A DNA stretch of 37,692 nt from Dimorphilus gyrociliatus (GCA_904063045.1 CAJFCJ010000184.1:10212-47903), one strand, 5' to 3'. Shown: positions 18,555 to 31,218, numbered from the stretch's first letter. Notes: generated by a model not told the origin, from the sequence alone. Translations and numbers: made by a program.

Positions 18555-20270
18555 GACCCGCGCTTAAGAGAGTCTCCTCTCCTTCACGTAACGAGCACCG
18601 GGCAGAAATCACTTCGTATCCCTTCACGAAGCTATGTTTTTATTAAACAGTCAGATTCCCCATGCCACCTTGAGTTCCATAAGAACCAACACTTCTCCCG
18701 AAGTTACGCATCCATTTTGCCGAATTCCCTTACCTGCGTTCAACATACGCCAGAGGCTTCTCACCTTGGAGACCTGTCGCGGTTTAAGTACGGTCCCGGG
18801 GCCCGCTCGCGCGTCCTTTTCACTGCTGGGCCCGGCGGCCGCAGGGTCGCCCCCTGCCAGCGGCCCGCGCCCTTCGCTGACTGACTCATCTCCACGCGCG
18901 CGCCGCACGCACCAGAGCCGGATGCTCTGCGCGGCCGGACGGCCCATGTCGAACGCCCGATCTCCCGTCGCCGCTCGGCCCCGAGGGATAGGACTCTTAA
19001 CCTATTTCTCTTTCGCTACAGACCGTGCTCCGTCGCTTAGCACCGCCTCACTCCCTTCTGATCTACATCGCCAGGGAAAACCTTCTCCTCCTCGGCCTTC
19101 GCCATTCTCAGACGAATTACAACTACTGCCACCAAGATAAGCGCTGCCGGCACCTCCACCGCACCTCGCAGTGCGCCTTCCACAGTCCCGGCACGCCCCC
19201 CTACCCGCGGGCGCGCATCGGTCGACGCGTCAGCACCGTCAATTTTAGGGCCAGCTGAATTCCGTAGGTACGTTGTAACACGTTTCTTACCGGCTGCCGA
19301 CTTTCATGGCCACCGCCCTACCGTCTTCATTCACCTACCGCCTTCCCTCTCTGCCACGCCGTTCGGTACCTTATCGCGCCGCCAGGTTGAATCCTCTTCG
19401 CCAGTCCTGCTTACCAAAACAAGCCCACTACGCTCGTCCAAGTCCGCGCTGCGTATGCCACGCCGCGCTGAGCACGTTCGGAGTTCGTTCGTCGCCTTAA
19501 GGCTAAATGATCCTAGTTCTACCGCACTCCTCTTCCACTCGCGCGCTGTCCTGAGAGACATTTCGGGGGGAACCAGCTACCAGACTGTTCGATTGGTCTT
19601 TCGCCCCTACACCCAGTTGACGTCAAAGAGTTGCATATCATTACGACTCGCCACCTCCAGCGCATTTTCATCCGCCTTCGTAGCCACCAGGCATAGTTCA
19701 CCAGTCTATCGGGTCTTAACCACGCCTCTCCACCGCTCTCGCGCGCGTCCGGGGCTCTCTCCCTTCCACTCGCTGCGTAGTTAAACTCCTTGGTCCGTGT
19801 TTCAAGACGGGACCGACTCTGTCGGCTCCACATGCAATTTCACTTTTTCATCATATTCTGTCTTCGGTCACCCTACTAATACGCTATCGGTGTCCACCTG
19901 TATTTAGCCTTAGATGCGCACTGCCACCTCTTCACGCTGCACTACCGAGCAACGCTACTCACTTCCTAGCGCGGCGTCCCTACGGGGCTAACACCCTCTC
20001 AGGCCGGCCCTTCAAGGCTCGCTCGGGCCGCCGCTCCGCTGACATCTCGCCGGGGCGATTACACCGTCGGGCTCCTTCCTCTTCGCTCGCCGCTACTGGG
20101 GAAATCCTCGTTAGTTTCTTCTCCTCCCTTTACTCATATGCTTAAATCAGAGGGGTTCTCGTCACTACTGACCATTCAGGCACGCGCCGTCCTCGCTGCC
20201 GCTCCGGCGCCTCGCTTCCTGCCGCGCCCTTCCTCGCCAGTGGACCCAAACGATCCCTTGCATGTGGCTC
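17630..20270 (-). rRNA. LSU rRNA with fused 5.8S region (ends approximate)
   Basis: 5.8S-like start CAAGGGATCGTTTGGGTCC..GAGGAAGGGCGCGG, then ACCCCTCTGATTTAAGCATAT, CCCGTCTTGAAACACGGACC, CTCTTAAGGTAGCCAAA, the peptidyl-transferase region and the sarcin-ricin loop. No ITS2 is apparent. Confidence 0.97.
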
Positions 20271-20289
20271 TTCTATCTCCATTCCTCGC

Positions 20290-21639
20290 TGATCCAACGA
20301 CAGGTTCTCCTACCGTTGCCTTGTTACGACTTGTATCAGATCTAGAACCCTGCGCTCACTCACTCGTTGTTCGTTCGCACCTGATTCCATCTTCGATAGC
20401 GACGGGCGGTGTGTACAAAGAACAGGGACTCATTCATCGCTCCATACTGAGACAGCGATTACTAGCAATTCCTCGTTCCTGCGCCCCTTCCAGGGCACAT
20501 TCCCTCTCGATCGCATTTCTCTCTCCTTCCTTCCTCCTGCGACCACTGTAGTGCGCGTGCAGCCCAGTCCATCTAAGGGCATCACTGACCTGTTCTTGAC
20601 CCCTCCTTCCTGCGCTTGGCGCGCCAGTCACTCTCGTCGAGGGTCTCACTAATTACCAGACTTAACCCAAGGATCACTCCATTTGTCGTTAACGGCCATG
20701 CACCACTTTCCGACCTATCGCGTACCACGCTCATCCGGTCGTCGGCACTGGTAAGCTGTCCCGCGTTGAGTCAAATTAAGCCGCACACTCCACTCCTTGT
20801 GGTGTTCTTCCGTCAATTTCCTTTAAATTTATCGCTTGCGCGCGTACTCTCCCCGTAGCTCTACTCTAGATTTCTCGTCCCCGTCACACTCGTAACAGGG
20901 CGTAAGCATCGTTAACTGCTGGAACTACTACGGTATCTAATCGTATTCGATACTCCAGCCTACGTCCTTGATCATCGGACTCGCCCCTGGCCAGCGCTTT
21001 CGCCTCAGTTTCTCCTAGGCAGGTCATCGAATTTCACCTCTAGCTGCCTAATAGACTGGCCCCTGGCCGCTCCTCATCCTCTACCGTTCTGGGACATTCC
21101 ACCCCTTGATCGGATGTTTTATACACCAGTTGGCTAGGCAGACTACGGACCTTTTAATCGCAGCAAAAATCATAGACACCCCTGGAGCTGGTATTACCGC
21201 GGATGCTGGCACCAGACTTGACCTCCAGTTACTAGCATCTTGTTTACAAATCCTTCTAAACAAACGTTTCTTCACTACCGCCCTGCTTGCAGGCTTCGGT
21301 AAGTTTCGTGCCTGCTGCCGTCCTTGGACCTGGTAGCCGTCTCTCAGGCTCCCTCTCCGGAATCAAACCCTAATTCCCCGTACCCGTATTCGTCTAAATA
21401 GGCCTTTACCCTACTTACTAACTGATGGGCTGACTTCTTACTCTCCGCCGCTCCGCTATACCTGTAGCCCACTGGCTACACGCCTTGCGTATTCCCCTCA
21501 GTTTCCCGAGGTTGTCCGCCCGCGCAGATCAAATCAAAGTCCGTTACTGAGCCGTACGCCGCTCCCCCGAAGGTTCGCTTACACATGCATGGCTAAATCT
21601 GTGAAACTAGCGTCCACGTCAGACAGAATCAATCTGATT
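20290..21639 (-). rRNA. SSU rRNA (~1.35 kb, microsporidian-type)
   Basis: 5' ATCAGATTGATTCTGTCTGACGTGG, the 530 loop GTGCCAGCATCCGCGGTAA, GTACACACCGCCCGTC, and 3' AAGTCGTAACAAGG..GTAGGAGAACCTG..GGATCA. Confidence 0.98.
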
Positions 21640-22240
21640 CTCTTCGTAGTTTACACTACACTCTCCGCACTCCGAGCTCCTCACCTTTCACCAAGGCCGT
21701 CCCGCTCACTACACCTATTACCTTCACTTTTACTGCATATTCGTCAATTTAGTATGACACTCGAAAGAGTTTTTGAAAAGTACTTTTTTCCTCCTCATTA
21801 TAGGCGAATTTTTTAGTTACATCTGTCTGCGATTCACTACGAGCATCCCAAATTTCCGAATCCGAGTTTTCGGGTATGAGGTCAGCACCACTACTGATCA
21901 GAACACTCTATATGCCACGATCTAAAAGCTGTCACAAAATTGACAGTATTTTTTGACACAATATGACACATATCGCGCACAATAATAATACACATATGTA
22001 GGTAGTGTATAGTAGATGTTGTGTTGTTGTGTATTTACATTTGTGTAATATGAGGTGGTATACTTAGGTAGATACGTTTTAAAACATAAAAATTTTCAAG
22101 CAAGTAGGGGTTAGAATAATTTTAAAAAATCACAGAATATATCATGTATATCTTGTTTTAGTATATGAAGCTGTATAATTTATATTTTTTAAGGTTAAAG
22201 TATAATAAGAATTTTTAAAATAAATTGAAAATAAAAAACA

Positions 22241-22432
22241 TATATAGTAATTTGGATTGAAAGACATTGATTGATGTCAAATTTTAAAAAAGTAATTTCT
22301 ATGTATTTGAATAGATTAAGTACAGAGAGAATGGATATAGTAATTTAGAATTGAAAGATAGTAATTAAAAGTTGAATTTAAAAAAGTAATTTCTATGTAT
22401 TGAATAGATTAAGTACAGAGAGAATGAATATA
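22241..22432. repeat. Two-copy ~93 bp tandem repeat upstream of the SSU
   Basis: TTTAAAAAAGTAATTTCTATGTATT(T)GAATAGATTAAGTACAGAGAGAATG occurs at ~22283 and ~22377; ATATAGTAATTT(G/A)GA(A)TTGAAAGA occurs at ~22242 and ~22333. Confidence 0.9.
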
Positions 22433-22723
22433 TACTTTTATTTAAAAGTCTGACCCAGAGAAATGTATTAGAGAGGATGATTTAACATGAAAGTGTCTCA
22501 AATAAATAAATAAGTATTTAATGTTATTTTATTAAATATTTTTTCTGTTTCTAGTGGTGGTCCTTACCTTCCATAAAGTCTTCTTTTAGCATTTTTTTCT
22601 TACGTTTAAAGTAAAACATCTTCATCTTTGTAGATTTATAACTATTTACAATTAGGATTGATATACTCATCATATACTTTATTATTACTTTACTGCAATA
22701 GTCATACTTTAATATAAATAGTT

Positions 22724-23014
22724 TTAAACACTTCCTATTTTCTTCTTTTTCATCTTATCCAATAACAGTATTATAAAGCCTATGGATTGTTTGAATAGAA
22801 TAAGACAGATCTTAAACATCTCTATATACATGATTCTCTCATCTATTAAAAGTTTCTCTTTTATAAACAGCTTTTGTTTTGAATGATCTTCGAGTATAAT
22901 TAGATCATTAACTTCTTTTGATTTATCAGTTATACTGATATCTCCTCCGTTGAGCCTTCCTATGAACATGGACATAAGAGTAAACATAGTGATGATTGAT
23001 GGAATGAAAGACAT
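22724..23014 (-). CDS. Small hypothetical protein with a hydrophobic N-terminus
   Basis: 96 aa ORF with a GGG motif just before the ATG and a signal-peptide-like start. No recognisable domain. Confidence 0.35.
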   Translation of the reverse strand: MSFIPSIITMFTLMSMFIGRLNGGDISITDKSKEVNDLIILEDHSKQKLFIKEKLLIDERIMYIEMFKICLILFKQSIGFIILLLDKMKKKKIGSV

Positions 23015-25084
23015 ACCCTTCCTTCTTCAAGTTCTTTTATGCATAATTCTGAAACAGCTATGTTTCAGGTAAAACTCTACTTTAAACTATAATTATAATC
23101 GTATAGAGTAGTATAACACTTTAATTATGTATTTAGATTTAAACTAGTTGTATAGGTATGAATCTTGTACAAGAAAAATATCTTAAGTGGTAAAAAAAAA
23201 CGCTCAACCTCTTAGTTAGAAGTATTGTGTATACACTATAAAACTTTGAATCAGTTTATTCAATAATGTTTCAGCACTTAAAAATGTAAACTGTTTTTTA
23301 TATGTATAGAATATGAATTTTATTTATAAGATGTTTTTTAATGAAGCTAGATTTATGTTGAGTAATAACGACTCTGTTTAAAGTTTCAAAAATCTATCTA
23401 TAATGTCATTTGAGAAAAACAACGATTTGTAAGTTTTTATATTATTCTTTGTATTAAATAATATTAATACTAATTAATTGATTATGTATTATGATGTTCA
23501 TTTATAACCTTATTTAATTTCTATTCTTTATTAATGGTTTTATAGAAGAGTTTAATTTTTTGAATTCAAAATAGTAAAGTTATTTGCAAATGTTTATTAT
23601 CTAACCCCTTTTTTTGAAGTTTTGACATGTTCTTTTTTTATACAATTTACAATCCATTATTGGAGCTTGATTGACACTTTCTCATATATCTACTCCAAAC
23701 TACCATTTTTTAAAGGTGTATACTCTTATAGCTTATTATGATTATCTAGATCGCTAATCGTATATTAATTATGTATTTATATGAGGTTTACTTTAATAAT
23801 GTATTATCTTTCAATTTTTCTTCATGCTTTAAAAAATATATATTGATGACTTAATGTTATCATACGATCTTATAGGCTGTTTAATTATAAAGGAAAGACA
23901 TATCATTATACATATAGCTACAGTTTAGCTATAGAAATCAATAAACTATATCATTAAACTACTACTCACTTTCTTTTATATACTAATAATTTTAGGTTGT
24001 GTTTATGAACACAATCCCTATTATTATATGAATTTTTAGAATTTCATCCGTCTAGATGCTAGACAAATTATTAATAGTGAAAGTCATTGCATATTATACG
24101 AGTACCTAATATTTATGATTTGTTTAAATTCAATTAGTATAATGCATTTCTAGTCTTTATATAATAATAATTTTATAGTTTAGTATTTTTAAAAAATGTA
24201 TCTATCTACATCCAGTATGGATACATTAAAATAACTTTAGAGATATTATGTGATTTATATACCTAGCTTTAGCAAAAAAGCGAACTAGAAGCAATTTTTG
24301 AAGAGATTGATAATATAGAAGTCAAATAAGATAAAAAATGGAACATCAAAAACTAATATGTTCTATCAAATTTACTACTTTTAGTATCTCGAATAACCAT
24401 ATACTAAGATACAGTTTTTATCACCATAATACAATAGATTAACAAAAACAATTTATATCTTAGTTATTTTTATAAAAGTAAATCAAAAGACACTTTTTAC
24501 TTATACAATAAAACCTTGAATACCTTTATTATAAAGTAAACCTTCTAAGTGACTGCTATCTTCATTATATAGTTTTTTTAATTATACAATTTCTCATTTA
24601 ATTTCAAAAAACTTTAATATTGTATATTATATGGATAGTTTAGAATTTTTTTTTCACGAAATTCTAAGAAATGCCTAAATATTTCTTTATTGATAGTATA
24701 ATGAGTTTATAAACAACTATTTGAAGCGAAAATACGAACGATTTAATATTAATAATAAATAAAAAATATATAAAATAAGACCCAGCCCAATTATATATTG
24801 AGTGTTGTATTTGTATGTTTAAACTTCATGGAACATCGTTTTACACTTATATCTTTTTATTAAACATTTATCTACTGGAGTATATTATATTCCTTAAAAC
24901 AATTTAATATTATCTTTTAGTAGTTTAATAAGATATTTTGACTAAATTGTAATTATGTAAACAAAAAAGGTGCTTTGAAACATTTTCATAATATATTATA
25001 ACTCAAGCTCAAGTCTTTGTTTATATATATGACACTTTATGTCTCGACCAAAACTATAAAAAGGATAATGTTTTGTTTAATTCC

Positions 25085-25564
25085 ATGCTTTTAGATTTAA
25101 TTGTTTTGAATTTACTTGGAGAAGTTGAAGATGCAGACTTGTTCTCTGCTATTGCACGCGGCCCTACTTCATGGAATGACCTGGTATACAGTGCACGCTA
25201 TGAAAACACTAATACAAAGCCTATTCAAACTCGTGCAGACATCGAAAGGCGTGAAGCACTTGATTGCTATTATAGAAATCATGGCAAAATGCACAGTAAT
25301 AGCTACAATAGCCAGCCTGCCCTACAGTTGGCTCTAGCCGAACTTGATGCAGAGATGGAAGGGACTGAAATAGCGGAGCAACTTTTAGCCGATTTGACTA
25401 GGCCATGTTGTTTTAGCGATTTGAATGATTCTTGCAGGCTCTATTATGTTAATAAAACAGCAATAGAAGACCAGGCAAGACGAGAAAGACAAAGGCAAAG
25501 GAGATACAAGTATAGACATTGTGGTGTTCCTCTTTATACCCCTATCTCTAACTGGTATGGATGA
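25085..25564 (+). CDS. Hypothetical protein, possibly secreted
   Basis: The ORF is visibly more GC-rich than its flanks and has a hydrophobic N-terminus (MLLDLIVLNLLGEVEDA). The first in-frame ATG is at 25085. Confidence 0.6.
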   Translation: MLLDLIVLNLLGEVEDADLFSAIARGPTSWNDLVYSARYENTNTKPIQTRADIERREALDCYYRNHGKMHSNSYNSQPALQLALAELDAEMEGTEIAEQLLADLTRPCCFSDLNDSCRLYYVNKTAIEDQARRERQRQRRYKYRHCGVPLYTPISNWYG

Positions 25565-27095
25565 TATTATAGCTTAAGGTAAACAATAAATCGGTTTTCC
25601 GTATAATTGTATAGCATCTTTTTATTTTTTTATGTTAGATTAAGTGTTCTTTATTACTTTTAACAGTAAAAAACAAACCTTGTTTTATGAGGAATTATTC
25701 CTTATATAATGATATATGTTTATAATCGGGAAAAGGCTGTTTTTGTAAGCTTTATATTCAAATAATCATATACTTTTACCCATATTATCTCAAGAAAGCT
25801 TTAATCAACTAACCCATAAGCATAAATACATACTCAGATAAAAAAGACTATAAAGCAGATTAAAAGCTCTAAGTCTTATATTAAACTGTGTATTTTTAGA
25901 TATTGTAAGGAAATTCTATATATTAAATTTATAAATAATAGCTTATTAGTGTTTAAAATTCACTTTATCGTTTCAATATACTATTACATGTAAAGAACAT
26001 CTAAATGATACATATCAAGATTTAAAATGGCAGAAGAACATAGTAAGATTTATAAAAAAATATAAGCATTCTTTAAATAACTTTACATCGTTTACTTTGT
26101 TATTTGGTATTAGATGTTTTTATTTAAAAACTAGCGAGAGGGGTGCCAAATTTCCAAAACCTGTATTAAAATCTTTTTAATGATAAAATTAAAATAAAAT
26201 CTTTTGCAATAAAAAAATACGTCAAAGGCCTAGTCAATCTATATATAAAGTTTGTCAACGTTGAAAATGTGGTACTTTATTTCAGCTATAACAAAAACTA
26301 AATCTCATATCTTGTATTTAATTAGTATAAAGAATTCTAATAAAAAAGTAGTAGAATTGTATAATACTACAATAAAAACAGCTTTATTTCCTGATTTAGA
26401 ACTAACAATTGTCTATATGTATACTTCTATTCATATACCTTGACACACTTAAGCTTCTGAAATTACACTAGGAATAAATACAAACATAGAGCATATGATT
26501 TACACATTGTTTTGAAATTCCACAAAAATTGGCATATAATATCTCTAGTTTTGATCTCTGTAAATACCAGCATACTAAAAATAATGTCTTCACTTATTCT
26601 ACTATGAAATCGCTATTTTAGACTAAATTACAATAAAAATGTATATATTACAACTTATTCAAAGAGAATTTCTTGGAAACTCGTACAAAGCTAGGTTTAA
26701 TATAAAATAACCTATATTGTAATTGTGATAACTAAGTGATAGTTTTAAATACAAAATTGTAGTGATAATTATAGACGATGTATTACAGACTGCAACGTCT
26801 ATTCCCTAGAAGCTACATTTTCCACTTCCTCCAGTTTTTATAATCTATAAGTGTAACTGTAAAATATATATTTATGTTGATTTTGCTATATTTTAATAAA
26901 CAATATCTATAGGACTGTAAAAAAGGAGTTCAATATTTTTTATTATACTATAACTACTCTTTGCTCTATGAAACACTAATTTTCATTTTTGGAAGATAAT
27001 GCAAGCTTACTGCATGTTTATACAGATATGTTATTGCATTCTTTACTACTGCTGCCTTTATATAACTTTTAGTATTGAAAAGTTTATTGCATATT

Positions 27096-27920
27096 TTAGA
27101 CTTGATTATGGCCTACAGCCTTTTTCTTTAGGATTGCAACCAAGATATTTAACACAATGAATTTCAACTCTGGTTTTATTATCTGTAAGAGCACATTTGT
27201 TACCTCAGTTGTATGAGTGGGATCGTTGTATTGTAAAAATAAAATAAAATAATTTATCCCAGAAACAGAGCTGGACAAAGAAGGGCTTAGCATGTTAAAT
27301 TATACACAATCCAGTTTTAATTAATAAAAACCAACTAACCACTACCATAAAATGAACCCCTCACCCATTATAAATCCTGCGACAGATTTTATAGTATATT
27401 GAATTTTTTGAATTAATTGGTTCTCATTATATTTTTTATAATTATCTTTCCATCAGGGGTCTATAGATTAAACTCTGGTTCACCACTAAAAAAATTGTTT
27501 TCCCTCATATTTAAGCAGCTTCATCCATCTTACAGTTGCTTCGTAACGAGAAATTATATGATTAGTATTAATAATAGTTTATTTATATTTGAATTTGAAA
27601 TTATGCTTAAATTGTTCGATGTTATTTTTTGTTACATGTGAGCAATTTATATTTTGTTCTATATAAGTATGTTAATTGACTTTCGACAAGATAAAATATT
27701 ATTATTATTTATATATAAGTCTAAATTCCTATTTTTTAATTTTGCGGTCTTCCATTGCCCTCTATACGACCTACATGATTAAAAGCATTAGTCTTTCCAT
27801 TACTTTCTGCATAGATGACTATGGAATCCCATAAAAAATCAAATATTTCTCATTGAAATACCTGCAATTTCCATGCGTTTTTTCATTTTTTATTTTGTGG
27901 GCGTAATGTTGAGCCATGAT
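27096..27920 (-). pseudogene. Highly degenerate Tc1 transposase remnant
   Basis: Fragments MAQHY..GISMRNI..GNGRPQ, HIISRY..RWM..FFSGEPEFNL..PDGK and NMLSPSLSSS..LFLQYNDPTHT are colinear with the transposase at 5296..6311. Confidence 0.75.
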
Positions 27921-29300
27921 GGATATTATTGCCTTTTTAGTTTTTACTAAACTGTAGGGAAGGTATATTCTGATTACACATCACCATGTTCTATTAGTCT
28001 ACAAGATACTTATATTATAATAGTTAGAAAGTAAAATAAAAAAAACTTTATATTCACAAATCAAGAAGAACGTGAGAGAGCACTTTATTTTTATACACTA
28101 TATATTTTTTTATTCGACCCGAATCCTATTAAAATACTGCCTGAATTTTTTTTAGTTGTTAGAATATACATGTATGTTTTGATGATGTATTTATTGATTC
28201 CAGATAGTAGTTATCATTATTACATTTCATTTTATCGATCAAAGAATTACTCTATTTCATCTTGTAAATTATTCCTAAGTGCTTTTTCTAATACTATATT
28301 TTTTTATATACAAAAAACATCTATTTTTGTTATTTTCTTTTAAAAAAAATTAATTTACTGACATGCTATAACATGGTCTAACAAAAGAATACTATGTAAG
28401 AAGTTTATAACTATAACAATATAAGTAAATCAATCTTCAAAAATTTTAGAGTTCACAAAGTAGTTTAAGGTTTTTAGACTCAAATACAACATTTAACAAG
28501 TTTTCATTGGTTTATACTTTATTATCATATAAAATCAATTTATATATTTTATGTCATTTAGTACGAATTGTACATGAAAATTTAAAATAAATTATTAAAT
28601 TTGAAATATAAATTGAAAATCATTTTTTGAATCGAAAACAAACAACTTAAATCAGAAATTATCTACAAACTTAAAAGAAATTCAAAAGTCATATGAAATA
28701 AGATTATAAGAACATACAGAAAGAATTTAGATAATATGTAAGAATAGTCAATAAAGTTAATATTGTTTGTTTTATTTAATTTTTATATCTTTTCAAAAAT
28801 TTCTGAATAACTTTTAAAATTTAAAACTTTTGTTAAAATTTTAACTTACTGTTTTTTTCATAAAAACTGTGTTTTCGTGATAAATTAGGTATTCTCTATT
28901 AAATAAACACAAATTTCAATCTATTTATTGTGACTTTCTTTAAAATATAGCTTCATTTTAGCACCAATTTTTAGGGAGATATTCCATTTATTTTCACTTG
29001 TATATTAGGTTTATAGCTAACTCTTTTCTGGTAGAAATAGTTTGTTAATATGACTTTTTCTAAAGAAATATGAGATATTAGATCATTCATCTATCACTCT
29101 ATATTTGGAATTCTGATTTTATAAGGATTTTTTTTATTTGTTTAGAATTGTAAAATCCATTTTAAGAGCTTAAATCAATTAAAAACAACGAATATGAGTG
29201 TAAAACATCTGTAAAAAGACAAATTTAGTAATATTAAGATCTTAAAAATCAACTTCCAAAAAAAAATTTGAAAACACAAAAACTCGATTTTAAGAACATT

Positions 29301-29502
29301 CTTGCATTTTCAGACAACCTTTTTTTTTTTTGAAAAAAATTTCATTCTCCAAATTTTTTTTCCCTCCATCAAGATATAAATAAAGTGGATTTTAAGCGTT
29401 ATTTTGCATTTTCAAAGAACCTTTTTTTTTGTGAAATTTTTTATTCTCAAAAAATTCTATTTTCCCTCCACTCATCTATAAATAGAGTCGGAAATTGCCC
29501 CT
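29301..29502 (+). promoter_or_regulatory. Tandemly duplicated promoter-like region
   Basis: Two ~100 bp units (TTGCATTTTCA..AACC-polyT..TTCCCTCCA..TATAAATA). The second is followed by AAATT and CCCC directly before the ATG at 29503. Confidence 0.55.
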
Positions 29503-31218
29503 ATGTCTTCACAACGTTTTAAAGATTTACTAAACTTCTTCGAAAATAAGTCAAAGAACAGCTTTTGTAAAAATGAAAAGGAAGGGACAATGCAAGTATT
29601 CAGAAAACAGTTTTATATCTGAAAGTGCTGAGAAAAGTCCAAAGTTACAACCTATTCACGTTAGGAAGGTTGTTTTTGATTTGGAAGCTACTGAGTCTAG
29701 ACAGGTTACAAGAAATCATTTTTCTCTAACAACAGAAGAAGAGAATGAATCTTTGAAGAAAATCATAGTAGTACAACAGTTAAACAAGACTTTAACAAAG
29801 TAGATGAAATACATTTAGATGAGATGAAACTGAAATACCAGCCAAAGAAGGTCTAACTATACAAAATTCTAATTTCGATGAAATTTCTCATGATGTGAAG
29901 AAACTTTAAAGATAGGGCTTCAATAAATACATATGATGAAGAGGAACCTCAGACAAAGAGATCATTATTTTAAATCCAGTAGATATAAAGTTGATGTCCT
30001 GTAAAAAAAATACGAGATGATAAAGAGAATAATGAGGTGCATTCGGAGAAGATTCCATTTTAAATCCAGTAGATGAAGTTGAAGAAACTGTAAAACTATA
30101 ACCAGTCGAGCAGATGATAAAGAGGAATTAATTGAGGTGCATTCGGAAGAAGATTCCATTTTAAATCCAGTAGATGAAGTTGATGAACCTTTAAAACCTA
30201 GTACACCAGTCGAGACAGATGATAAGAGAAATCAGTAGAAAACACCGAAAGCAATTTAACATTCGACTACTCTGAGGAAAAGAAGATTGATGAAAATAAA
30301 ATAGAAGTACTACAAAAAGAAGATGAAAAGAAAACAAAAAGAATTTTTTCAACCAAATATAATACTGATATGGAAGTTATTGCTTATTCGAACCAGGAAA
30401 TAAAGACTGCACTCGAGAAAAGTCCTATAAACAAACTAAAGAACGTATATGCTGATTTAAAATACCAAAAGTATTCACTTCATACTGCCAAAAAATATAG
30501 ACCAAAAAGTTCAATTTTTAAATCTATTAGTAGCAATTTATCTCAGTTTTTTACAGGAAGGAAAGTTATTGAGTTGCCAGAACTTAAAATAACGGCCAAT
30601 TTTGACACACTTAGAGATTTTATTTGTGAAAATTCCTTAGAATCAGAAAAATTGAATTCTTTAAATATGGATATTGTCAAAGATATTGAGCAACAAATCA
30701 ATAACAATCGATGTATAGACAATAGATATACTCCAGAACAATGCTTATACGCATTAATGAATCATATTAGAAATGCTGGAGAGATAATTCCTCGTCTATT
30801 TTTTACTCCTATAAGTCAGATCTTTAGTAACTATAATAAAGAAGTACAAGAAAAAGAAACTAATGAATTGTTTCAAATACTATGTGTTGGACTTGGCGAG
30901 CAACGCTATAACATACTAATCCAAATATTCGAATTATTTTTAAAAATAGAAGAAAAGGCTGTCATTACAGAAGACAAAGAGAAAATAACCTTCTTATCTC
31001 TGCTAAATAGATTTTCACCAATTTTCTTTGGTAGTGTTGATTTAGATAATCCTCGTACTGTAAATTATCAACGTTTAATTTTAGAAGGATTAATCGTAGA
31101 GTCTTTAGAAATGCAACCAGAAAATGAATTTTTAGAAGATGTAAATGAGTGGAACAAGGATTGTGTGAATGGTAAAACCAAATCTCATCTATCAAAACTG
31201 GCATGTGGATGTCTTTAA
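29503..31218 (+). CDS. Frameshifted gene with an acidic repeat N-terminus and a RhoGAP-like C-terminal domain ending in CGCL
   Basis: MSSQRFKDLLNFFENK starts at 29503 and links through ORF 29573..29803 and the repeat region to ORF 30370..31218. Segments ALMNHIRNAGEIIP, RYNILIQIFELF and KITFLSLLNRFSPIFF resemble RhoGAP helices. The resemblance was judged by eye only. Confidence 0.55.
29955..30235 (+). repeat. Three ~90-100 bp coding tandem repeats
   Basis: ATTTTAAATCCAGTAGAT occurs at ~29967, ~30057 and ~30158, with GATGATAA(A)GAG and GAGGTGCATTCGGA also repeated. Confidence 0.9.

Noticed and set aside
17700-21816. Many ORFs of 60-170 aa on both strands
   Set aside because: They overlap the rRNA genes and are by-products of GC-rich structural RNA.
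21820-21920. Possible 5S rRNA or tRNA upstream of the SSU
   Set aside because: No 5S consensus, A/B/C boxes or cloverleaf could be recognised.
24200-24330. Integrase zinc-finger-like fragment
   Set aside because: The His/Cys ligands are incomplete and there is no adjacent core domain.
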